Below, piece after piece: positions 42,364-51,515 of a stretch of 64,000 nt of DNA. Source of the DNA: Candidatus Bathyarchaeota archaeon (GTDB lineage Archaea > Thermoproteota > Bathyarchaeia > Bathyarchaeales > Bathycorpusculaceae); contig CAWGYA010000008.1 of assembly GCA_963826715.1 (NCBI GenBank), positions 96,001 to 160,000 on the forward strand, read 5' to 3'. Each line of letters starts with the position of its first letter. The stretch's first letter is position 1. The notes beneath the pieces were generated by a model. It was not told the DNA's origin. It did no database searches and was given only the letters and a program-made list of their open reading frames with translations. Both the position numbers and the translations under genes were made by a program.

Positions 42364-43010
42364 GTCGCGTCACGCTAATAATCATTTCTTTGCATAGTTT
42401 TCTTTTCAAAAGAAAGCGTTAAAGTGCCTAAAGCATTAGTCGTCGTCGGCGCAGGCGAGCGAAGCGCGCCAAGCACGTTGCTTATCGGTACTTATCTTGA
42501 TAATACTGTCATTTCGTTCCTCATGGATAAGCTGGTTTGTTTCATTTTTACTCATTTTTTTCTTTCGTGTCAAGTTCTTCTAATAATTTGATTCGTTCCG
42601 ATAGTCCTTGATAAATTTCTTTCCAGTCAAAATGATATATTGCCATTTCTTGTTTTTGTTGTAGTTTTTCTTTTTCTTCCTCTGATAGTTTATTGTAAGT
42701 GTCCTTGTGTACACAGCTTAATTTATAAGCTAATTTTAGCGGTTTCTTTTAGTTTGCTTATAATTGCTATTATTGCTAAAACAACTTATTATCTCGCATT
42801 CATTTATTGGGGATTAATAGGCTTTGATTTCACTTTAGGTATACTGCTTGTTGCTATATATGACCAAAATAAACAAAACTAAGGAATCAAATACCTAACT
42901 AATAGTTATGAAACGTTAGGAATTTAGAATATTGTAGAACTAGTAATATCGCTTTTTAACCTCTAAACTAACTTTTGCTAAAATACAAGAAAGCTTAAGA
43001 GAACTTTAAG

Positions 43011-43154
43011 GTGTCTTTGATGATTTGCGATTGGTGTGGAGAAAAACAGCCAGCTATGTTAAATGACAGAAAAAATTATCACACACTTGTAAACTATGTT
43101 AATAAACCAAATATCTGTAAAGAATGCTATAAACAAATGAAAAAACAAAAATGA
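43011..43154 (+). CDS. 47-aa zinc-finger protein
   Basis: Manual translation MSLMICDWCGEKQPAMLNDRKNYHTLVNYVNKPNICKECYKQMKKQK; CxxC...CxxC. Confidence 0.55.
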   Translation: MSLMICDWCGEKQPAMLNDRKNYHTLVNYVNKPNICKECYKQMKKQK

Positions 43155-43765
43155 TACAGCTTGATACCAAACAACCAAACTTAATTAAATTATGAATATT
43201 GGTGACTTAAACTAGTCATCATTAGCTATATATTTTGAATTCGTGATTGCAGTTAGTGCAACAGTACTCTTCAATACAGAAAACATGATTCTTTAGCGTC
43301 TTTCTAGGAATTTTTACTTCATCGTTACATTCAGGGCATTTAGCGAACACAAACACCTTCAAACATCAAAACAAAATAAAGTATACCTTAAGAAATAATG
43401 TTGTCACATTCTGAAACAACTAAATAATTAAATAGTGCTAATTACGCGGTCCAGTTCAAGATATTAAACAAATTGCATTCTTTATAAGCAAAGTTATCAG
43501 AATGAATGTATTGTGTTTATCCATTAGTTTCTCAGAGCATTACTATTAATTGGCAGAATTTAATTTAAAAATTAGTTAATATTACTTATTGGAAACCCTC
43601 TGACTTTTTCTTTCAAACATTACAGAGATCAAACAAAGAATTAGTCATCACCGAACCACAAAAACATCAGTCCACACTGCCACTATGAGTTCACCATTCT
43701 ATTAGTCAACTTTTCTGAAAAAGCTATTACATTGGACTATGAGATAACTCAAGAGAGGAACATCG

Positions 43766-44878
43766 TTAGGTTTTCCAGTTGGGTCCCGCTTTCTTGCCGA
43801 ACAATACCTGAATATGTCCAACCAAGATAATCACCATCCAAATTGAAGAATAAACAAAATAGTAGACGAAAAGCTCCTGAATCTTCAACTCCCTAAAGCC
43901 TAGCTTACGCCCAAATCCATAGAAAACAGCAGCAGTTATGGCAAATCCGGATAAAGAAATCAGCACCACCTTTAGCATGTCAGCTGTAGCCAAGGAAACT
44001 AGAAAAATGGGAAGGGCGATGTTGAATTTAACTGATAAGAATATGGAGAAAAAGAGCAATCCATTATACATCCATAGACTAGGAACTAACGCGCTCAAAA
44101 AAAAGACGGCTACTGAAGGGTAGAGAAAGAAGAGACTTGGTAAAAATACCTGCGGTTTCTTTATGAAGCGCCCAACAAGTTGTTTATACCAGTCCTTGAG
44201 CCAAAGGGCTTGCCCAATCGCCCACCTTCGACGTTGAGTAAACCAGGTACGTAAATCACCATGAACCACGTTTTTGACCTCAACATCCTGAGAATATGCA
44301 AAACGACTATTCTCGAGAAAAGCTCGTGTAGCAATATCTATGTCCTCTGCAACCACTTTGCGAAAACCATGAACTTTCTCGAACATTTCGCGTCGGATAG
44401 CAAACGCGGCACCATTGACAGCCGGGCACTTATGCATAAACCGTGAAGCTATCCATGAACTGATGTTGAATGTTAAATATTCATAATAAGCCATTTTTGA
44501 GAGTAACGATTTTCCTTTGATTACACGTTTTTTGATATCCAACACGTCAACATGCTGCATTTCCATAACAATTTTTCTGAGGTAATCAGGATCGTTAGGG
44601 ATGCCTACATCTGCATCCAGAAAAAGCAAAACTTTCCCAGAAGATAAGCTAACAGTATTGTTTAATGCATTAGCCTTTCCGATGCGCGTCTGATTTACTA
44701 TAAAAGTAACATTTTCTTTTTGAATATGATTAATTTTTTGAGTGAATTCTTCAGTTGGAGCATCAACTGTCACAAAAATTTCTTTAGATACGTTCTGGGA
44801 ACTCAGCTCGTGAAGCATGGCATCTAATTGATCAGATTCTTTATAGACGGGCACGAATATGCTGATATCGATATCCAA
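43766..44878 (-). CDS. Processive-type GT2 glycosyltransferase with C-terminal TM helices
   Basis: GKANALN, FLDAD, AEDID, QRRRW. Confidence 0.9.
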   Translation of the reverse strand: MDIDISIFVPVYKESDQLDAMLHELSSQNVSKEIFVTVDAPTEEFTQKINHIQKENVTFIVNQTRIGKANALNNTVSLSSGKVLLFLDADVGIPNDPDYLRKIVMEMQHVDVLDIKKRVIKGKSLLSKMAYYEYLTFNISSWIASRFMHKCPAVNGAAFAIRREMFEKVHGFRKVVAEDIDIATRAFLENSRFAYSQDVEVKNVVHGDLRTWFTQRRRWAIGQALWLKDWYKQLVGRFIKKPQVFLPSLFFLYPSVAVFFLSALVPSLWMYNGLLFFSIFLSVKFNIALPIFLVSLATADMLKVVLISLSGFAITAAVFYGFGRKLGFRELKIQELFVYYFVYSSIWMVIILVGHIQVLFGKKAGPNWKT

Positions 44879-44999
44879 CTGAAATCCTCAAATGCCTTCT
44901 CATAAGATATTCACAGTTATACACTCGTTGCTTTTTAAATTATTCTACATCCAGCACCTTTCTGGATATAAAAACCAGTAAAATGGGGAAAGATAGCAG

Positions 45000-45530
45000 T
45001 TATTGAGACGACAAAGCTTTTTGTAGAGAATCAGCACAGATAGGTCCGACACGGTAGAGAACTTCAGCTTCATGCCCATCAAATTCGAAATCTGCCTCGC
45101 TAAATAGCACACACATCTCAATTTCTCCATCGAGCAAATGTGATAGTTTCACATAATTATTTTTGGAGACTTCATTCGAAGGGTTAATAGTTGCTTCAAA
45201 ATATTTAGCCCCTGTCAGTTTTAACTGATTAAGCAACAAGGTTTTTTGAAGGCCGTGGCCTCGGTAATCTTTGTCCACTACTACTTCCCAGCTGAAAAAA
45301 GTATCAGGCCGCCGAGGCGGAACATAGCCTGATGCAAAACCAATTATTTTGCCACCATCTTGAGCAACTATGCAAGTATCTTGGAAGTCCCTGGCTAAGA
45401 GAAAATATGTGTAGCGAGAGTTTAAGCCAACGTAGGGTCGGTTGGCAACGAGGAGCTTGTAGACTTCTTTTATATCGTCTACCTTTACTTTTCGTATAGA
45501 AAAAGATGAATGAATGTTTGCTTTGGGCAT
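45000..45530 (-). CDS. EctA-family (diaminobutyrate acetyltransferase-like) GNAT
   Basis: LNSRYTYFLL, DFQDTCIVA, GFASGYVPP-RPDTFFSWEV, RGHGL, EATINPSN, GHEAEVLYRVGP; likely start MPKAN at 45530, 10 nt after the aminomutase stop. Confidence 0.85.
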   Translation of the reverse strand: MPKANIHSSFSIRKVKVDDIKEVYKLLVANRPYVGLNSRYTYFLLARDFQDTCIVAQDGGKIIGFASGYVPPRRPDTFFSWEVVVDKDYRGHGLQKTLLLNQLKLTGAKYFEATINPSNEVSKNNYVKLSHLLDGEIEMCVLFSEADFEFDGHEAEVLYRVGPICADSLQKALSSQ

Positions 45531-45540
45531 AAGACCACTT

Positions 45541-46989
45541 TTAAGGGGTGGCTTTTTTTCTGCGCTCCAGCCTCTTATTTCCTTGTGGAACAAGTGAGAT
45601 GGTTTTGTCGTGGTTAGCTAAGAGTTTCTCGATACCAATTGGTGCCTTGCGCTCGTCTTCTTCAAGTTTATGCTGCAGAGGGCATTTTTTGCATTCTCTG
45701 TCACACTGGGCGGGCTTATAATCTTCAGGCTCATTATAAGTTGTAATAACACCTTCATAGTTGCGCAACACGGTCTTGTTGTCGGACCAAGAAATAATAT
45801 AATTTGGCATAACAGGAATTTTGCCTCCACCGCCAGGGGCGTCAATAACAAATGTTGGAACAGCAAAACCGCTAGTGTGCCCAATAAGACTTTCCATGAT
45901 TTCTATCCCTTTACCAACGGAAGTGCGGAAATGTGTAAGTCCTTCTGAGAGGTCGCATTGGAAGAGATAATATGGGCGAACACGGTTTTTGACTAGTTTT
46001 TGGTTGAGTTTCTTCATAATTTGGGGGCAATCGTTAACACCTGCCAGCAAAACTGATTGGTTACCAAGCGGAATGCCTGCATCCGCAAGTTTTCGCAGTG
46101 CCTCTTTGGCTGAGGGAGTGAGTTCTCGTGGGTGGTTAAAATGAGTATTTATCCACAACGGGTGATGCTTTTTTAGCATTGCAACAAGTTCGTCGGTTAT
46201 TCGGTAAGGAAGCACAACAGGAGTTCGGGTGCCGATTCGAATTACTTCCACATGATGTATCTTTTGCAGTTCGGTCAATATCCAGTCAAGATAATCGTCG
46301 GGAAGCATAAGTGCGTCTCCGCCCGAGAGTAATACATCTCTTATGTGGCAATTGTTTTTTATGTAGTCTATACCGCTTTGAATTTGCTCTTTAGAGGGGA
46401 TGTATTCGGAGTCGCCGACTTTCCGTTTACGAGTACAATGTCTGCAGTACATGGCACAACGGTTACTGATTAAAAACAGTACTCGATCGGGGTAGCGATG
46501 CGTTATTCCCTTAACGGGACTGTCTTTGTCTTCATGCAACGGATCCTTCATGTCATATGTACAAACTTTTAGCTCCGCCGGGTTAGGAAAAGCTTGTTTG
46601 AAGATGGGATCGTTGCGGAAATTTTCTTTCTCAATAAGTGAAGCATAATAGGGAGTGATGTTTAAGGGAAATTTCTTAACGGTTTCTTCAAGTTCCCGCC
46701 GCTCTTTACTGGAGAACCTTATTCCCATAAAATTTTCAAAAGCTTCTATAGTTCGTATAGAGTTTTTCAGTTGCCACTGATAGTCCTTCCACTCGACAAC
46801 GGAAATTTTGTCGGTTCGCTTGGAGGTGTAGGTTTGGTAGCTCTTTGGGGTTTCAGTTTTCTCAATAATCAGGGTTGTCTCTCTCCGGATTTGTTTTTGG
46901 GTAGATTTTATAGTTATTATATGTTTTTGACAAACTTTCTTTTTGCAAGAAAGCAAACTAAGGGGTTTCTCTATCCAAGGTAGGGACAT
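45541..46989 (-). CDS. ablA: Lysine 2,3-aminomutase (AblA/KamA type)
   Basis: HRYPDR, radical-SAM [18 protein letters not shown]-site [11 protein letters not shown]-terminal CDRECKKC; true start probably near 46870. Confidence 0.93.
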   Translation of the reverse strand: MSLPWIEKPLSLLSCKKKVCQKHIITIKSTQKQIRRETTLIIEKTETPKSYQTYTSKRTDKISVVEWKDYQWQLKNSIRTIEAFENFMGIRFSSKERRELEETVKKFPLNITPYYASLIEKENFRNDPIFKQAFPNPAELKVCTYDMKDPLHEDKDSPVKGITHRYPDRVLFLISNRCAMYCRHCTRKRKVGDSEYIPSKEQIQSGIDYIKNNCHIRDVLLSGGDALMLPDDYLDWILTELQKIHHVEVIRIGTRTPVVLPYRITDELVAMLKKHHPLWINTHFNHPRELTPSAKEALRKLADAGIPLGNQSVLLAGVNDCPQIMKKLNQKLVKNRVRPYYLFQCDLSEGLTHFRTSVGKGIEIMESLIGHTSGFAVPTFVIDAPGGGGKIPVMPNYIISWSDNKTVLRNYEGVITTYNEPEDYKPAQCDRECKKCPLQHKLEEDERKAPIGIEKLLANHDKTISLVPQGNKRLERRKKATP

Positions 46990-47021
46990 TAATAAATTCC
47001 AGATCAGGGTATATCAAAGTT

Positions 47022-48050
47022 ATGACTAAAACCAAAGCAATTGGCTTGTTTTCTGGGGGTTTAGACAGCATGCTTGCCACTGAAATAGTGAGACGACAGG
47101 GCATCGAAGTCATAGCTCTTAACGTGAAAACACCCTTTGGTATCCCCAAAAAAGATGGCAGAAGCGAAGCGGAAGTCTCTGCTGAAGAACTTAAAGTTCC
47201 GCTGGTAGTTATCAAGGTAGACACTGAATACATCAGAATGCTGCGCCATCCCAAACATGGCTACGGCAAAAACCTCAACCCCTGCGTAGACTGCAAAATC
47301 TTCATACTAAAAAAAGCCAAACAATACGCCAAAAAAATTGGTGCAGACTTTCTTTTCACAGGCGAAGTGCTCGGTGAACGCCCAATGTCACAGCATGGAC
47401 CTGCACTCAAAACCATAGAATCAGAAGCAGGATTAAAAGGCAAACTGCTCAGACCGTTATCTGCACAGAGACTTTCGGAGACAGAAGCTGAAAAGACTGG
47501 AAAAATCGACAGAACCCAACTTTTATCAATCACGGGAAGATCACGAAAACCACAATTCGAACTTGCAAAGCAATACGGCATATTAGTATATCCATCACCA
47601 GCAGGCGGCTGTCTCTTAACCTGCGAGGAATACTCTAAGAAACTACGTGATTTATTAGAGCATAAGAAACGCGTTTCCGCGGCTGATGTGAACTTACTAA
47701 GGGTCGGCAGACACTTTCGAGTAAGGAAAAATAAGATAATCGTCGGCAGAAATGAGACGGAGAACAAGTTTTTAGCCAACAACAAAGCCAAAGGAGACTT
47801 CAAATTTGAACTTCCAGAGATAGTCGGTCCAGTTTCGATTTTGCAAGGACCCAAAACCAAAAAAGCTATACAAACCGCAGCTCAATTGGCGGCATGTTAT
47901 TCCGATGCTAAAACAGATACAGCCACAGTAAAGTTTGGCAAAGACACCTTTAACCAGACTATATCAGTAGTTATACCTAAACTTGCTGATGCGGATAAAC
48001 TAAGAGTTGGTTATTCTCAGAGTAAAGCTATAAAATCTGCTAAATGTTAA
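47022..48050 (+). CDS. ThiI/MnmA-like PP-loop tRNA thiolation protein with DUF814-like C-terminus
   Basis: SGGLDS, NPCVDCK, TGEVLGERPMSQ, PAGGCLLT, GRHFR. Confidence 0.85.
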   Translation: MTKTKAIGLFSGGLDSMLATEIVRRQGIEVIALNVKTPFGIPKKDGRSEAEVSAEELKVPLVVIKVDTEYIRMLRHPKHGYGKNLNPCVDCKIFILKKAKQYAKKIGADFLFTGEVLGERPMSQHGPALKTIESEAGLKGKLLRPLSAQRLSETEAEKTGKIDRTQLLSITGRSRKPQFELAKQYGILVYPSPAGGCLLTCEEYSKKLRDLLEHKKRVSAADVNLLRVGRHFRVRKNKIIVGRNETENKFLANNKAKGDFKFELPEIVGPVSILQGPKTKKAIQTAAQLAACYSDAKTDTATVKFGKDTFNQTISVVIPKLADADKLRVGYSQSKAIKSAKC

Positions 48051-48103
48051 GAAACAAAAAACCTTATCCCATCAATCCACTCTTTTAATGCTGAGGATCA
48101 ATC

Positions 48104-48937
48104 TTGACTATCGAGAGCAACCGAACTTTGGGCGGTTTAGGTGCCTTATTAACAGTTGTCGGTGTATTCAGCAGCGTATTTTCGATAATCCGATTTGCCT
48201 ATCCCAACAATTTAGCGGCTGACATCGCATTTTCAGGGATTTCGGGAGTTGTTGGAGTAATTTCTTTTGTAGGTTTTATTTTGTTCTTGGTTGCCATGTA
48301 CGGATTTTCTAGAGACTACAAAGAGAACAAAATATTCAACTACATCATTTACGGAATCGTAATCACAATAATCACTACCGTTGTGATAGCGGCAATAGGC
48401 TTTGTGTTTATCTTTGCCAACATGGGTGCTATAATTGCGAGTTGGACCACAAACCCCTCACAATCCGACCTTCTGTCTTCTCTTATACCCTACCTTGCAC
48501 CTTTCATAGCAATATTCGGGTTTATCGGGTTGATTAATGTAGTTTTCAATTTGTTAGCATTCAATTTGCTCTCAAACAAATCAGGTGTACCTTTGTTCAG
48601 AAACGGCGCGAGCGTGCTACTATTGGGGGCTCTGGTAACAATTGTAATTGGCGTAGTGCTGGCCGCTTTTGCTGCGGGCACATTAATATCTTTCGAAAAC
48701 ATCGGCATTATTACCCTCCCAGGAGCCTTATTGCAGGACGTAGGATGGCTGCTTCTGGCGCTGGCTTTCTTTAGGGTGAAACCGGCAACCAATCAAACAT
48801 TGCCCCGTTACATTGAAAATCCACCACCAGCGCCTTTTGAGGCAAAAAATTGCCCAAACTGCGGTGCACAAAACCTTCATGACGCAATATATTGCACCAC
48901 ATGCGGAAAAAAAATCCAATCAGAAAACAGCAACTAA
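48104..48937 (+). CDS. DUF996-like membrane protein with C-terminal zinc ribbon
   Basis: LGGLGALL start, about 6 TM, CPNCG...CTTCG. Confidence 0.8.
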   Translation: MTIESNRTLGGLGALLTVVGVFSSVFSIIRFAYPNNLAADIAFSGISGVVGVISFVGFILFLVAMYGFSRDYKENKIFNYIIYGIVITIITTVVIAAIGFVFIFANMGAIIASWTTNPSQSDLLSSLIPYLAPFIAIFGFIGLINVVFNLLAFNLLSNKSGVPLFRNGASVLLLGALVTIVIGVVLAAFAAGTLISFENIGIITLPGALLQDVGWLLLALAFFRVKPATNQTLPRYIENPPPAPFEAKNCPNCGAQNLHDAIYCTTCGKKIQSENSN

Positions 48938-48948
48938 AATGATGCAGC

Positions 48949-49518
48949 ATGCTTGAAACTGTCTATTTGCACTTAGAGTTCAAGTCCAAAACTGACGAAT
49001 GGTCAGTTAACCTACCGTTTCTATGTACTAAATGCGGCATATGTTGCAAGTTGGATGATTTTTTGATGGCTGGAAAAATCAAGGCCAATCCAGAAGAGCA
49101 ACCAAGAATTCACGTTGAACTCAAAGAACTTTATGACAAACTGGCTATATTGCTTGATAAGGGCGAAGAAGAATACGATAACTACGTAATGAACACCGCC
49201 TGTCCTTTTTTAAAAGATAAACTCTGTAGCATCTACCAAATACGCCCAGAAGGCTGTCGCCGATTCCCCGACACTCCTTTTGCCCTACTCTCTGAGGATT
49301 GCGAAGCTCTAAACCGTTTTAAGAAACAACGCACCGCCCTAAAACGAGGCAAAACAACAAAAGAAACTTTTTGGAACACAACCGAACCCATAAAATCTGC
49401 GGGGCTTTCCGAAAAGCAATACCTAAGATGCTTTGATAGATTACTCAAAGCGGGAATAACTGAGAATGAAAAAGAACTCTTTGAGATTCTGAATCAGTAC
49501 GACAAAATAAAAAAATAG
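48949..49518 (+). CDS. YkgJ-family cysteine cluster protein
   Basis: CTKCGICC, CPFL, CSIYQIRPEGCRRFP. Confidence 0.88.
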   Translation: MLETVYLHLEFKSKTDEWSVNLPFLCTKCGICCKLDDFLMAGKIKANPEEQPRIHVELKELYDKLAILLDKGEEEYDNYVMNTACPFLKDKLCSIYQIRPEGCRRFPDTPFALLSEDCEALNRFKKQRTALKRGKTTKETFWNTTEPIKSAGLSEKQYLRCFDRLLKAGITENEKELFEILNQYDKIKK

Positions 49519-49520
49519 AT

Positions 49521-49928
49521 TTATTTGAGGAATTTTCTCAGCATTTTCCCAAAGCTAGCCGAAGAAGCCATAAGCTGCTTGAAGGTTCTCAAATGTACAA
49601 ATGAACAATATTTTTGACACCAAGAAATAGCTTCAGGGGTAAAACCTGCAGTTGAAACAAGCATGCCGCCATCTACAGTCGATTTTTCTTTTGCAAGGGC
49701 AACTCTGGAACAGAACTTTTGAACCTCATAAACACCAATAGGTTGTTCACCGGGGTTTGTGCACTCTATTAACAATTTATGTTTCCCTTTTATGAAATCC
49801 ATTTCGGCAATGATGTGCGCTGTTCGGGTATGCAAAACCGTAGAAAAACGCGTATTGTAACCCATGAACCTAAAAAGAGGTTCAACTGTTTCCTCAAACG
49901 TTCGGCCATTTTGCAGATTATAGCTCAA
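49521..49928 (-). CDS. Stand-alone Mrr-like (PD-D/ExK) endonuclease domain
   Basis: FEETV...GY, LIEC, VQKF, GMLVSTAGFTPEA; catalytic D and K appear replaced. Confidence 0.7.
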   Translation of the reverse strand: MSYNLQNGRTFEETVEPLFRFMGYNTRFSTVLHTRTAHIIAEMDFIKGKHKLLIECTNPGEQPIGVYEVQKFCSRVALAKEKSTVDGGMLVSTAGFTPEAISWCQKYCSFVHLRTFKQLMASSASFGKMLRKFLK

Positions 49929-50085
49929 GCCCGTTCTCCTTTTTAGGAGGGAGAAAAATGACTATATTAGCATTATGGAGGAATACCTAAATTTTTAGGG
50001 CAGCGGATAGTAAAAAAAATGAAGTCATACCTTCACAGTGTTCTTGCTATGGATGGAAAACTAATAAGAGACCCAAGGTTCACAA

Positions 50086-50796
50086 CTATTCTTTCTTCAT
50101 CGCTTCCATCTTAAGCTCCTTGGGCATCAACTCAATCGCGTAACGCAAAGCAGTTCTTGGCATAACTTGTCGGTTAGCAACAACATAATCAAAGATTTCC
50201 TTTTGATGCATACGACTTTCCTCTTTGAGGAGCCACCCAATACCCTTCTGCACCATGTCATCCTCATCAAGCAATAACGCATTACAGATTTCCAAAGCAT
50301 CCGAAAGAAAAAGTCCCTTCTTTGCGGGAACAATAAAAGAAACTGCCGAAGCACGCTTCACCCAGCGATTAGAACTTTTAGTCCAACTTTTTACTGCACT
50401 CGCAATTTGGGGGAATTTTTGGATCAAGTCACCAACTGTATGGTTACAGAAGCCATCACATTTTGCCCAATTGTTGATATAACATTCAATCCACATCTTG
50501 AAAACTGCTATATCTTCGGGTATTAGGTAATTCATGTATTTTGGTAGCCAATTGTTTACAATAAAAGCTTCTTCAGTGTAATCTGATTTGAATAACTCCT
50601 CGCATAACTGAAATATATTTTGCTTGTCGAAGGTTTTTATTTGAGACCAATATTTTTTGGCGATTTTTTCAACAGTTGCAGTTTTTACGCCATAGAAGAT
50701 TGCTGATTCCTTGAAAAAGCGCTGAGAGCTCTGCTTAGTTTTTTCATCAGAGTTTGCTATAAGATCTATTCGGATTTGAGTGAGAAGAGATTCCAT
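50086..50796 (-). CDS. DNA alkylation repair protein (AlkD family)
   Basis: NNWAKCD, RWVKR, DDMVQKGIGWLLKE, RTALRYAIE. Confidence 0.9.
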   Translation of the reverse strand: MESLLTQIRIDLIANSDEKTKQSSQRFFKESAIFYGVKTATVEKIAKKYWSQIKTFDKQNIFQLCEELFKSDYTEEAFIVNNWLPKYMNYLIPEDIAVFKMWIECYINNWAKCDGFCNHTVGDLIQKFPQIASAVKSWTKSSNRWVKRASAVSFIVPAKKGLFLSDALEICNALLLDEDDMVQKGIGWLLKEESRMHQKEIFDYVVANRQVMPRTALRYAIELMPKELKMEAMKKE

Positions 50797-50872
50797 GCAT
50801 TACCATTTAAACGATTAAAAATATGAGTCTTTGCAAAAGAGCGAATTATCTAAAATTAGGGAAATTGAGGGC

Positions 50873-51160
50873 TCAGTAGTCTTCCATTTGATAGAGCCCG
50901 AAGTCTATATTGAGACATTTTTCCGGTCCGTGGCTATTTTCTAAGTCGTATAGGTGATCCGTGGCTTTTTCTAAATTACTTTTTTTGGTTACCACTTTGG
51001 CTTTTACCATCCTTACTTTTACTTTGTTGTTTTTGGGTTTAGATACGATTGGGGTTGCAGTTATGACAAGTGAGTTGTCAAGGCAGGTAGGTTCTACTTC
51101 AACTTTGACGTCCTCAATAGATATACTGCATTTTAATTCGTCATTACAGTGTTTAGTCAA
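50873..51160 (-). CDS. 95-aa hypothetical protein coupled to the RHH gene
   Basis: TTG start overlaps the end of the RHH gene; acidic/aromatic tail LNIDFGLYQMEDY. Confidence 0.6.
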   Translation of the reverse strand: MTKHCNDELKCSISIEDVKVEVEPTCLDNSLVITATPIVSKPKNNKVKVRMVKAKVVTKKSNLEKATDHLYDLENSHGPEKCLNIDFGLYQMEDY

Positions 51161-51308
51161 CGCCTTTACGCCTCCATACTTCTGCGCTAATTAAATCGCG
51201 AATTGCGACTCTGATGGCTTCGGCGCGGTTTGGATAGAACCGTTCGTCCACCAGCTGATCCAAAGCTTTTATATACGTTTCAGGTAAGTACAGTGTAATT
51301 AGTTTCAA
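51153..51308 (-). CDS. Ribbon-helix-helix protein, CdrS-like
   Basis: Manual translation MKLITLYLPETYIKALDQLVDERFYPNRAEAIRVAIRDLISAEVWRRKGVD. Confidence 0.85.
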   Translation of the reverse strand: MKLITLYLPETYIKALDQLVDERFYPNRAEAIRVAIRDLISAEVWRRKGVD

Positions 51309-51515
51309 GAGGGTTCGCTCTCCCCGGGTTTTATGAATATACAGCTCTACTCCGCACTTATACTTCTACATATTATGCTTCATATATGTACATAACATGT
51401 TCATGCCATAGCTTATAAAGTAAAAAACAGAGTTTCACCACAAAACTATCAAAACGGCCATACTCAACAGCACGTTTTTATGCCAAGACACAGCAACTAA
51501 CATTACCGACAAACA

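Larger units (their letters stand above)
41274..43750. mobile_element. Decayed island adjacent to tRNA-Arg
   Basis: Low coding density, short or broken ORFs, AT-rich tract with GC-rich palindromic patches; no integrase or att duplicate seen. Confidence 0.4.

Noticed and set aside
41820-42480. Integron attC sites around the small membrane gene
   Set aside because: The palindromes lack properly paired RYYYAAC/GTTRRRY ends, and no integrase is present
42640-42882. 80-aa hydrophobic plus-strand ORF
   Set aside because: Hydrophobicity is explained by T-rich sequence antisense to a more protein-like minus-strand fragment
45000-45530. Ectoine biosynthesis
   Set aside because: No ectB or ectC nearby, and the partner gene is a lysine aminomutase
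45541-46989. EF-P modification enzyme EpmB or glutamate 2,3-aminomutase
   Set aside because: Length, C-terminal Cys cluster and retained Asp motifs fit AblA/KamA; no epmA or efp adjacent
47261-47860. 199-aa minus-strand ORF, and similar long antisense ORFs at 54670-55137 and 57842-58528
   Set aside because: Fully antisense to well-supported genes and without recognisable motifs
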